Shown: positions 13,270 through 24,544 of the stretch, piece by piece
Numbering within the stretch: the stretch's first letter is position 1
Layout: the number at the start of each line of letters is the position of its first letter
DNA from: Haliotis cracherodii
Taxonomy: Eukaryota
NCBI RefSeq assembly: GCF_022045235.1
Contig: NW_027266275.1
Location: forward strand, 16,182,001 to 16,246,000
Reading direction: 5' to 3'
DNA length: 64,000 nt
Notes under the pieces: model-generated
The model's input: only the letters and a program-made list of their open reading frames with translations
The model's database searches: none
Told to the model about the DNA's origin: nothing
Program-made: the position numbers and the translations under genes

Positions 13270-13440
13270 TACTGCTCAAAAGAACTTAAGAACACCCGAT
13301 TCTTTCATATTACTAAAGTTAATCGTATATGCCATGGCACCCGATTCTGTCATATTGCTATAGGCACTCTGTCATTTCTTAAAAGATTTATAATAGTAAT
13401 ACGAAAGAATCGGATGTTCTTTAACTTCTTTTGAGTAGTA
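13270..13440. mobile_element. Tc1/mariner-type MITE (TIR TACT(A/G)CTCAAAAGAA(G/C)TTAA); related copies or ends at ~39362-39423, ~39715, ~45755 and ~45998-46088
   Basis: Long imperfect terminal inverted repeats flanked by TA on both sides. Confidence 0.75.
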
Positions 13441-14964
13441 TATTTTAAATCCTACAATGAATAATGACATAGTTGTCAAACAGGTTGATGGTGGCTGTCA
13501 GTAAGTGTATAAAACTTATCAGACACGTTTTAACAACGCCAATCAGGGGACTAGCTCCTGTACTTCGATTCATGTCAAAAACACTACCAGTAGTCCAACC
13601 ATGCAGCTGAATATAATGGGTGTTTTTCTCAAACGTAGCTATTTCACAAGTTACATTTACAGTACCTTAATACATGGTCACTGTAGACCCAGGTCTGTAT
13701 GAATACGACTATCAGAAGGTTCCCGATTATATGAAGCAAATGGATGCATTCACACTCGATGCAATTTGTTCAGCAAATGCCACGCAGAGAATGATTGGAC
13801 AATAATTAGTTTGTTTCCCAGCTAGTAGTTGTCTATTGTACTGAACATATCCTTTTTTAAAGGTAAAAATCCCAAGAGTTTCATATCAATAAGTTGACTA
13901 GGGGACATTTTCCTAATAAATAATAACTGCAAAAATGCCGAGAGAAACATTCCAACATTTTTTGTCCAAATAACATGGTTGAAGTTTAACACTTAGCGTG
14001 TGAATCAGTCAATACCATTATTAGAACAGGGGGATTTTGTCATACATAAAAACAAAACCCCAATCTAGCCTTGCTTCATATAACAATACAGTAAGGACTG
14101 GGCGGAAGGGAAATATTTTGGTTCCGAGACTGTAAGACGGACTATGCATCAGCTGTGCCATGTAGCTTATTATCATCCCTCACTTTGAGATCGGATCATC
14201 TGGTACAAATTACTTTGTTACACAGTGGCTTTGCTCAGTAATATGATCTCCAGCTTCTTGACTGAAGCCCATTCCTGGTGTCCCCCGCCGTGATATTGCT
14301 GGAATATTGCTAAAAGCGGCGTAAAACCATACTCACTCACTCACTTACCAAGTTCTTGACAGCCCACATATGTGGTACGCATGACTTGTTCCAGCCCTAA
14401 AACGTGTTATTAAAAATATGTTAGAATAAATGGGACCTTTTGTTACAAGAAAAAAAGCAGATGCGATCATCGGAAAGTAAAGACCAAAACTAAAGCTCGA
14501 AACAAAAACTATAAATGTCCAAATGCAATCGAATTTAAAAACATCAATTAGTTTAGATGCAGTTTGAACTCTTGCATATTTATTATTAAAAGATTAGATC
14601 TAAATCTGTCAATGTGTTAATTTCTCATTTGGAAATACAAATGGATCGTCTGCTGGAGGCATCTGCTGGTCACAAGACATCCGCTGTCACCGTGTGGTCC
14701 AGCATAAGGACGACCACAGGGCCTGGACATTTAGGAGTATACTCTGGTCAGCTCAGATCCGAGTAAATTCCGACCTCTAGAGGATATAGATATAATAAAG
14801 TACAGACTTCATATTGTATACGACAAAAACTCGTTTATCAGGATTCTCAAGGGCGTCCGGATTATCATGAGTATGGCTGTAGGTATTCCGTGGCTATATT
14901 AGACCCAATACAGACAGACAACATGTGGTATTCTTATGCCTCTATTAAGAATCTTGCAATTTCA

Positions 14965-15265
14965 TCCGTACCACGTGACGAAACAGTACATTTCAATGTA
15001 GACCCCCAAATCATGTGACTGATAGTGACTTCAAATATTGACTCGTCACATGATCAATATTGTTCTTCCACGTGATGATAATTGACTCGTCTGCTAGAAA
15101 ACAAGATGGCGTCTGGTATGCTAACATTTTACGCCTGGCGGCGAAGATACAGTAATAAAACAGAGGACGGTTTAAATGGCCTGCGGTCTCGGTCCGGTCA
15201 GGCCACCTCGGGGGTCGAATCCTCGGGTCCCTCTTTTCGTATTCTGACATCATCCAGAGTAATGT
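14965..15265 (+). promoter_or_regulatory. Candidate promoter / first non-coding exon (possibly of the ZBED gene)
   Basis: Four E/M-boxes (CACGTGAC, TCATGTGAC, GTCACATGA, CACGTGA) within ~110 bp, a YY1-like CAAGATGGCG at ~15102, a CpG-rich stretch, and a donor-like AGA|GTAATG at 15259. Confidence 0.35.
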
Positions 15266-17480
15266 TTTTTAATATAGAATAAATTCTTATTTTGAAATTT
15301 AAGGGATTTCCGATGATTTCATTGGTTAATTTGCTGATCACATGACCCGTTCATTTTTCGACAAAGTGACGTTTACAAAGTATAAACTTCACCTTTTGAC
15401 GGTTACACAATTTTTGACTAGAACTACTTTTCATAGGGAGTCCCCGAGTGGAACAATTCTTTATTCTTTCCCCTGCTGACCACGATCGTGAGGATCGGAA
15501 ATGTCGGACAAAAAATTAATGTTTCTTTTTCACTCAAGGTTTCATTAAACACTTATTTTAACATATTACATTACCTACTGGATGCAACAGGGACAAATAT
15601 GTCCTCCCTCTTCTACCCTCACTTTGAAGTCGAATATAATTCAAAATACATGACGCACACGAATATAATTAGGCTACTCTTCAAGGTTTTCAATTCCGTG
15701 GGAAATTCCCTGTTCTGTGATATCATCCATATTTACACGATTTTATTTGGCACGGTTCAAAGCGTACATACTCCAGTAAACAACCACAATGTAAAATTCA
15801 TTTCCTAAATAAGTATATTGTTTACAGATAAAATCAGCCAATCCGCGAGCGAGGTTTTGCTTATCCCGACATACTCGTGTGTTGATATAATCCGCTAAAT
15901 AAACATTCGCACACTTGGCTATTTTCGCTTACATTACAATGTCGACAAATACCATATACAGACACATCTATTCGACATTATCGGTTTAAAATGGATGTCG
16001 GGTTCATGCATGTGTTGAAACGATAATGCCAATTCTGAGACCTGCCCTAACGTTTTGACAGTATTTTCATTGACTTTAGGTAACATATTTATTATGTGCC
16101 TGTTTATATAGTTTATTGAATACTGTCACTGTTTCTACATGGAACCGTTTCAGCAATAACATTTTGTATCTTATATCTTGTATATAAATGAAATTAAATC
16201 GAAAATATATCGCCTGCTATTTTGATACAGCAAATTTTCGATATAGCGTCTAAATGAAAGGTCACAGTGACCCAACCTGTCCTAGTTACAACAGAAAAAG
16301 AATGCAGGCAAACAAGCAGATGATATCCCGCGGTAACACGGCCCGAATAACACACTGATAACTCCGGTTCTAATTGCACTAGTTAAAGGGACGTAACTGC
16401 GCTCTAGTGACCAATACCTCGGTTATTGTATAGCCAGCGAGCTGAGGAGGATCGATTTCTCATGGCGATTATCGGGTTCCGTTTTCTTGTGGTCTATCGA
16501 TGAAAATGCATGGAAATTTCCACAGATATACGTAGATAGGACAGAATATAAACAATCTGTTCATTATTGAAGAAGTAAAGAACGAGGCGCGTGCTACGGG
16601 TAAGTGTTTCACAAGATGTAAATATATTTCATCGTTTTGTAGACCAGTCTCTCGGCTGCCACAACCAAGCCGTACATGGCTATCGAGCTGTACTTTGACC
16701 TAGATAACAGGTTGGCGTGTCTACATATCCGCCACCGGCAAACTCGGTATCCTAACCAATACTAAAATATACATGTTTACATGCATGTTTTTATTACATT
16801 TCGGAGTTTGTGAAAACCATCACTTCGCATGTGACAAGGTGAATTATCCGAGGTCTTTCAGTTTCGATTTTGGTCTGATAGTATGGATCTGGGGGATCTA
16901 TCGCATCCACCACTGAAACTCTAGACTTGGCTGATTGCAAACCAGCACGACAGCACAGCTAGTGTGTTGTTTAAGGACTGACACATGTCTGATGAAGAGA
17001 AAGAATGCTTGACCGGTTATTAGAGGTCATTGCCTACAACGCACAGATATCGCTACCGAATAATATCACGTGTGGGCGTCCTAATGTGGACGGGCTGTCC
17101 AAAGACGTCTATGGATCGGAATACGTCTTCGTTCTGTCGTCATTATTTGGACACCGATTTTCCGATCTTATCTCGTAAATTGTTTGCAAGTAAAATTTAT
17201 ATTTAAGTGCAGGAAACTTAAACAAAAACGAAGGAATTACTATTTCTTGTATTGTGTGATCAATAATTCAGTAGTAATCTTTTGGTTCAGGATATATCGA
17301 GTTCCATAACTGTAATAAAAGAGTTCATAAATTTTCATTACAGTTAACTACGTTTATAACGAACACGCTTATAACGAACTGACCGATAAAACGAGCTTAT
17401 TTTTCAATATGCTGTATATATGCTCATAACGAAATGTTAAGTATTCTGTTTAATCTGAAATTGAAAGATGGTATATATAA

Positions 17481-17545
<65 letters not shown>

Positions 17546-18156
17546 GAATTAGTGCCTTGTATATTACATACATGTATATACACCATATAAATAGGTCAAT
17601 AATTGTTGAACAAAGCTCCAATTACAATAAGTTATGTTAACCTTTGGCCTCTCGGGTGAGCTTTCACTGTTTGGAGTTAATATGTACTAGACATTCCCTG
17701 ATGTGTTGTGTAGTCTAGAGGTTGAAGCGTTCGCTAGTCAAGTCACTGACCCGGTTCGCTTCTCACAGGGAAACAACGTGAGTTACGTTGACACAGTATC
17801 TTGCATTGTTTTTTCCTGTACTCTTATCATGGACGGAACTCAGATGTATTGAGGCTGTTAAGATGAATTTGTTATACATCTCAATCTAATTATATGAAAC
17901 ATAAATTCCAGCACCATAATGAATTATTGAAAGTAGGTTATCATCTAACAGTATTAATAAATGAAACCTCTCTGCTGATGAGGTACAAAACATGGTCGAG
18001 GGTCAGATGTGTGTCATGTTTTATTCCTACACAATGCGATTTGATGTGATTTGGTAGGTGTTTCTTCAAAGTATATTTCATGTAAAATGAGAACAAAAGT
18101 GAGGTTAAAATGGGGTTTAACGCCGCGTTCAGGATTATTGCACTTATGAATTGTAT

Positions 18157-18193
<37 letters not shown>

Positions 18194-18997
18194 CGTGTGC
18201 GTGCATACTCTGTGTGTGCGTGGCTTGTGTGCATGTGCATCCATACTGTGTGTGTGTGAGTACTACTTGTACTAGTCCGAACTAAGTCCGATTTTTTAGT
18301 GCTAGCCCACTGAGATACCATGCCGTAGTTTAACATGACAACACTCAGACGCAGACAGTATACGTACTCCGAGTCGACCATCTATTAACGTCTTTTGGTA
18401 TGAGGGCGGTGGGTTAGTCTAGTGGTTAAAGCGTTCGCTCCCCCACATGAGTACAATATGTGAAACACATTTCACTCACTCACTCTTTTTATATGACACG
18501 GTCTGCTTTCGAACCCCCGACATTCCGCTCTTCGGACAACCACTGGACCACGGAGGCGAGATAACGAAGAGACTGGCGGCCGGTGTTGTAGTTAAGTGAT
18601 GAAAGTAATGGCGCGTCAAGCTGAAGACCTTAGGCAATATGTGTGAAGGCAATTCTGGACGACCCACGCCGGAATATTGTTCGCATATGACTAAAAGCGT
18701 CGTAATACCACTCACTCGCTTTCATTGGAAAGGAGCGGGAACGCATACCATGTTGGCGAGTGATTGAACGTAATCCCGAACCAGAACATTCTGTGCAGTA
18801 AATACGTTCTTTGGCTTTGGGCAAACATCGAAATTATTGTTTTCTTACATGAATATGAAACGTCAACACCAGAGAGTTATCAGTCTTGCCGAAAGATATA
18901 CCAGGAGCATCCACCTCTCATACACTTTGCACAATTACACAATTGCACGTGTCTAATACGGGAGAAAAAAAATAGAACGTACATACTATGACACTGA

Positions 18998-19164
18998 GTG
19001 AGTGAATGAGTATGGTTTTACGCCGCTTTTAGCAATATTCCAGCAATATCACGGCGGGGGACACCAGAACTGGGCTTCACACTCTGTACCCATGTCGGGA
19101 ATCGAACCCGGGTCTTCGGCGTGACGAGCGAACGCTTTAACCACTAGGCTACCCGACCGCCCCC
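18998..19164 (-). mobile_element. Full-length SINE family A with 10-bp TSD
   Basis: ATGACACTGA at 18988-18997 and 19165-19174; intact A and B boxes. Confidence 0.88.
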
Positions 19165-19277
19165 ATGACACTGAAATGATGACAGTTACTAGTATGTATT
19201 TTACTATTTTACTTTTTTCTTTTGACAATTATCAATTATCGTCATAATTTCTTTTCAGCACCAGGATCGTTGAATAC

Positions 19278-21257
19278 ATGGAGGGCGGATACAGACAGAT
19301 CTTCGAGTTTCCTGGCAAGGCCAAGAGCGACGTGTGGAGGAACTTCGGCTTCTATCTCAGTGATGACGGTTATACGCTGGACAAAACAAGAGCCATTTGC
19401 AAATACTGCCGCATCGGCGTCCGCTACACCGGCAACACCACCAACCTCCACACCCACTACGTCAACCATCACCTGAAGAAGGACCAGGTGGGGGTCGCCC
19501 AGGTCATGTGCTTCTCTGAAAATGACCAGGTTATCACTCTAAGTCCACAAGCTGTCAACGATATCGTCCACATTCCTCCGTCCATGGCAGCGGCGCACGG
19601 ACCGAGTAGTGGGAAGGAGTCTCCTAGAGCCTCTTCTCTGACGTATGCAATCATGGAGTTTATAATTGACGGTATGCTGCCATTTACAACGATAGCTAGT
19701 CAGGCTTTTCAGAACCTAATACACACTTTAGATCCGAAGACAGATGTTCCTTCAAGGAAACATCTCGAGGACTTCCTCCTGCCCCAGATGTATGAGGAAG
19801 GGCGATCTAAGGTTTTAGCCAGACTTGAAAATCAAGAGCATGTTACTTTGACAACAGACATTTGGTCGTCCTCGGAGAGATACTTGACCATCACGGCTAA
19901 TTACATTTCTAGGTCGTGGCAGTTAAATTCCTTTACGTTGCAAACAGTGGAACTGCCTGTAGATGCAACTGCTGGGTACATATCTGAAACCCTAAAGACC
20001 CAGGCAGCTAATTGGCGGATAACATGTGAACCAATCCTTGTGTCAGGTCATGAAACTGTTTTAAGGTCCGGCGGGCTGCTGAAATGGAAACACTTGCCTT
20101 GTTTCGCTGAAACGATCAACGCTGCAGCCAAGAAAGGACTAGCTCAACCCGAAATACAGAGCATGATTGTTTCAGCCCGAAAACTGTCGCGTTTCTTTAT
20201 GTCTGGTGTTGGAGATAGTCAGAAGCAATCCCTCCCTTCTTTGAATTCCTTGCAGGTTGATGACGAGGATCGGTGGAATTCTACATTTACAATGCTTGAA
20301 CAGATCATCAGAGATATGCCCTCAATCCAAATGGCTTTCCAGAATCCCGATTTACAGAAGGAAGACGTGCGTCTGTTTCTGTTCGATTCCAATAACCAGA
20401 AACTGTGTCAGGAGCTTGTAGACTTACTGAGACCCCTGAACAATGCCTCTATGTTACTCTGTGAGCAGAGGATGGTCACGGTGTCAATGATACTGCCTGT
20501 CCTGAAGAAGCTTGAGATCACACTTCTTGGAGGTGAAACAGACTGCCCAGTGATTAAAGAGTGCCGGAACACCATCTGGAAGGAAATACGTTCTCCATAC
20601 TGCTCGGACAACATCCGGGACATTCTTCTCGTCTGCTCACTGTTAGACCCTCGTTATAAAGAACTGCGTTATGTCGAGGCAGTCGAGAGAGAAAAGGCCA
20701 GGCGGCTGCTCTATGATGCAGCGCTGCGACCTTTCTTGACGGACTTTCAGATCAAACAGGAAGTGGACAGTGACGATGAATACATTCAGAACATCATCCT
20801 AGGACCACCATTCTCTATCTCGAACGGATCGGACGTCCATGGAAGTAGCCCTAGTTCGGAAGAACCTGTTAAAAAGAGGATGAAGTTTAAATCTCCTGCT
20901 TCTAAATTTGAAAACGACTGGCTATCCGATGTCGTAGGCCACAAGGATGACGTCCCTTTAGACAAAATGTCGCCGGTGGAGATGGTGAGTTCGGAAATTG
21001 ACCGGTTTATGGCGGAGAAGCAGATCACATCTAGCACCTCACTGATCTGGTGGTACGAGAGGGAGAAGATCTTCCCCAACATCTCATGCCTTGCGAAGAA
21101 GTACATGTGCGTCATGGCCACCTCCAGACCGGCTGAGCATATCTTCCTTCCAGACAGAGATCCCGTCAGGGTTCAAAGGTCATGCATTCCACCCAAGAAC
21201 CTCGATGCCATGATATTCCTCAACAAGAATCATCAAAATCTCAAAATGACTTTTTAA
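19278..21257 (+). CDS. ZBED1/DREF-like BED-finger protein, domesticated hAT transposase, 659 aa
   Basis: BED finger (KSDVW..F...C..C......GNTTNL..H...H), TTDIW, RWNST, LLDPRYK, and the hAT dimerization domain (WW....FP....LAKKY....ATS). A splice acceptor TTTCTTTTCAG at 19248-19258 lies just before the ATG. No terminal inverted repeats were seen. Confidence 0.92.
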   Translation: MEGGYRQIFEFPGKAKSDVWRNFGFYLSDDGYTLDKTRAICKYCRIGVRYTGNTTNLHTHYVNHHLKKDQVGVAQVMCFSENDQVITLSPQAVNDIVHIPPSMAAAHGPSSGKESPRASSLTYAIMEFIIDGMLPFTTIASQAFQNLIHTLDPKTDVPSRKHLEDFLLPQMYEEGRSKVLARLENQEHVTLTTDIWSSSERYLTITANYISRSWQLNSFTLQTVELPVDATAGYISETLKTQAANWRITCEPILVSGHETVLRSGGLLKWKHLPCFAETINAAAKKGLAQPEIQSMIVSARKLSRFFMSGVGDSQKQSLPSLNSLQVDDEDRWNSTFTMLEQIIRDMPSIQMAFQNPDLQKEDVRLFLFDSNNQKLCQELVDLLRPLNNASMLLCEQRMVTVSMILPVLKKLEITLLGGETDCPVIKECRNTIWKEIRSPYCSDNIRDILLVCSLLDPRYKELRYVEAVEREKARRLLYDAALRPFLTDFQIKQEVDSDDEYIQNIILGPPFSISNGSDVHGSSPSSEEPVKKRMKFKSPASKFENDWLSDVVGHKDDVPLDKMSPVEMVSSEIDRFMAEKQITSSTSLIWWYEREKIFPNISCLAKKYMCVMATSRPAEHIFLPDRDPVRVQRSCIPPKNLDAMIFLNKNHQNLKMTF

Positions 21258-24200
21258 ATCAAGGCAGAAATACTTTTGTCATTTACGAAATGAAGGGTTT
21301 CTTCGAGTACCGTTTTAGTGCTTTCTAATTATGTTCAGCCTTTCTGTAAAAACGTTATGCCATTGCGTCATCGCTGTGATGATGCTACAACGGGTACAGT
21401 CATACTGACAATGCTTTGTTATCTCCATCCGCCATGATTGGTGACACTACGCACGCACGGTTGTAACAAAGAAGCTCTGTGGACTACAGTTGTCATGTAT
21501 ACACATTATGGCACCTGAAGTTGGTCAGAGACAGATTTGGGATGGGGGTATTTTGTCATCAGATCTTACTGAAACATAATCGTTCACTGGCGTCCTGAGC
21601 AATACTGAGTTGTGGGCTTCCCCAAGACATTTGGGTGAATGCCCCAACACCATAAACTTAATAGACAATCCCTAAAACTGACGACCACCACTACTGTTGT
21701 AAAAATGTGTATATTTCCATTAACATTGACTTACTTGTGTCTTTGAAATATATATTGAGTACTAGTGCGGCTGTTGTCGATTTTGTCCAAGATGTACCAT
21801 GTGTCAGTGTGTTTGTTTGTTGTTTGACGCTGCACTCAGCAATATTCTAACTGAATCAGGACAGCCTGTATATAATCGACACAGGACGGGACAGTCCAGT
21901 GATCGATAGTGTGAGCAACGATCTACGCCGTCGAGGTACGACGACAAACGCGTGAAAATCTATCCGGGGTAGAATAGATCTTCAGCAACCCATGCTTGCC
22001 GTAAAAGGCGACTATGCTTCTCGTAAAAGGCGACTAACAGGATCGGATGGTCAGGCTCTCTGACTTGGTTGATGCATGTCATCGTATTCCAATTGCGTAG
22101 ATCGATGCTCATGATTGTCTGGTCCACACTCGATTATTTACAGACCGCCGTCATATAGCTGAAATATTGCTGGGTGCGGCGTCTACGCATTCGAACATTA
22201 CGCGTAGAACATCGAACTTAGGTGCAAAATTAATTGAAGTATCTTCAACCGTCATATAACAGGAATATTGCTGAGTACGGCGTTAAAGAACAAACAAACA
22301 AACAAACAACAAAGGTACGATGACACGTAATCCATTAGGTCCCGGCTATTGACCACTTTAGGTTGCTGGGGACCAATTCTAACCAAATCACCACGGGATC
22401 TCTCCATGTATAGATTAGAGAGCCTTTGTGGTTACTCACTGATAATGGAGAACATTTACTTGCTGTGGACACAGAGTGGCATGATTTGAAGGCTATATCA
22501 TGTTTTTATAAATACCCTTCAAAACAACACTAGGATAGGCTTCCCACGTCGTACCCGTGAGTGGAATTAAACCCGAGACACGTTAAGTATCAACTGTAAC
22601 AGCGGGTGAACATTGTGTGAGAGCATGTGCGTGCGTGCGTGCGTGCGTGCTTGTACATTTCCGTACCACAACCGGCTTGATTGTGCATTCCGAGAGATAC
22701 ACTTAGCGTCTTTTGGTATGACGCTGCCGGGGTTCGAACCACTGACCTTCCGCTCTCCAGTCAGACACCCTATCCACCATACCGCGGAGGCGGTCTGATT
22801 GTTTGTTTGTTACTTAATGCCACACTCAGCAATATTCCAGCTCTATGTCGGCGGTCTGTAAATAATCGATACACGTCACAAGAATCGCTCTACGCAATTG
22901 GGATACGCTGACATGCATCAACGAAGTCAGGCGCCCCTTCTCAATTAAGCCTTGAACGTCAATTACTGATCTGAGATCAAAAGGTCTTGTTCTAAACAAA
23001 TGACAGGCTTGAAAGTCTGATGTACCTTTATTTTGCGACGTTATTAGTACAATGAATACAATGATAAACAGTAATTAAAAAAACATGGAAATGAAAAACA
23101 ATTTTCAATAAATATCAAGGTAAATATTATTATCAAATAAATTACAATACCAATGCATATATAAGTATTGAGATTCTACCTCACTGCTACATACCAACTC
23201 ATTCTCAAACGACTACGGGGGTTCACGCCGAATACCAGTAAAAATGCGGCGTTAAACAACACGCGAACGAACAGTCATGGTTGAGTGTTGATCCTCCTGA
23301 GCAATCCATGTCGCCTTGTACGAGTGAGTGAGTTGGGTTTAACGCCGCTTTTAAGATTATTCCAGTTATATCACGGCGTGTCAGCTTAATGTGGGAGGAA
23401 AGCCTGAAGTGCTGCAGGTCTAAGACGTTTACCACTTTGGTGAAACCCACGAGCACGGGTATGGTGCTGACAAACCTAGAAACATAACGCCTTGTACGAT
23501 CCCAGCGCCTACCCGCTCAATCTCAGTCGCCTCTCACACAAACAAGTTCGGAGTCACCACTTTTACACCAAAGTCTCCGCGAGGGAATACAAGTGGTGGT
23601 TATATACACAGAACTCACGACGTTAGATCTAGATCAAAATGTTTTGTTGTTTGTTGTTTAACGCCGCACTCAGCAATAGTCCAGCTATATAACAGCGGTC
23701 TGTAAATAATCGAGTCTGGACCAGACAATCCAATGATTGACATCATGAGCATCGATCCACGCAATTGGGATCGATGACATGCATCAACCTAATCAGCGAG
23801 TCTGACCACCCGATCCCGTTAGTCGCCTCAAAATGTGAGTGAGGATGGTTTTACGCCACATGTTCCAAATATTCCAGCAAAATCACGACATAACACATGG
23901 GCTCACACTCTGTACATTTTTGGGCAATAAAAAGCCTTTGGTGTCAGGATGTGAACACTTTAGCAACTGGACCTCCCTTTAAACATCTGTATATGCAGGG
24001 CTCGCATGTCGGTAAACCTTCACTAACCCCAGGATCCCTTCCAACCCGCCTTTGATTTACATTTGCCAATTTGATAGACTAGCTGCTAGGTCTAACATAC
24101 CAAACCAGCCTAATTGTTGGTTTGGACAGTTCCATTGATCAGGATCGAGTTTGCGAGACATTCAACACTGAAAAACTGACCGACAACGTGACGCAAAAGA

Positions 24201-24544
24201 GAGCACTAAATAAATCTTAATGATTAAAAGGAGGTCTTCATGTCCATTAAAACTGGGAATGGCCTGTTTTCTTTGTAATTCGAGTTACCTCCCTTACTCT
24301 TTCCCTTATGTCGACGTTTGATTGGTCGGTAAAATGTCAATAAAAATCAATGGCGGGTAATTAGCGATCGCAAGATCCACAGGAATGGATCCAGGCGTTA
24401 TTGTAGATTAACCGAAATGCTAGCCCTGAAGATATAGAGGATGCAGTTTTAAATACTCCCTTGCTAACACACGTATTCTTGGTAACACATCATTCAATAC
24501 ACATCGTGCGGTGTGTAGGTGACCCGCGTTTGCAAACCATGTCA

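Noticed and set aside
19085-19164. tRNA genes (Asp-like here, Leu-like at ~30010-30118 and ~53770-53875)
   Set aside because: They are SINE heads: fused to a repeat body and microsatellite tail, flanked by TSDs, with no proper acceptor stem.
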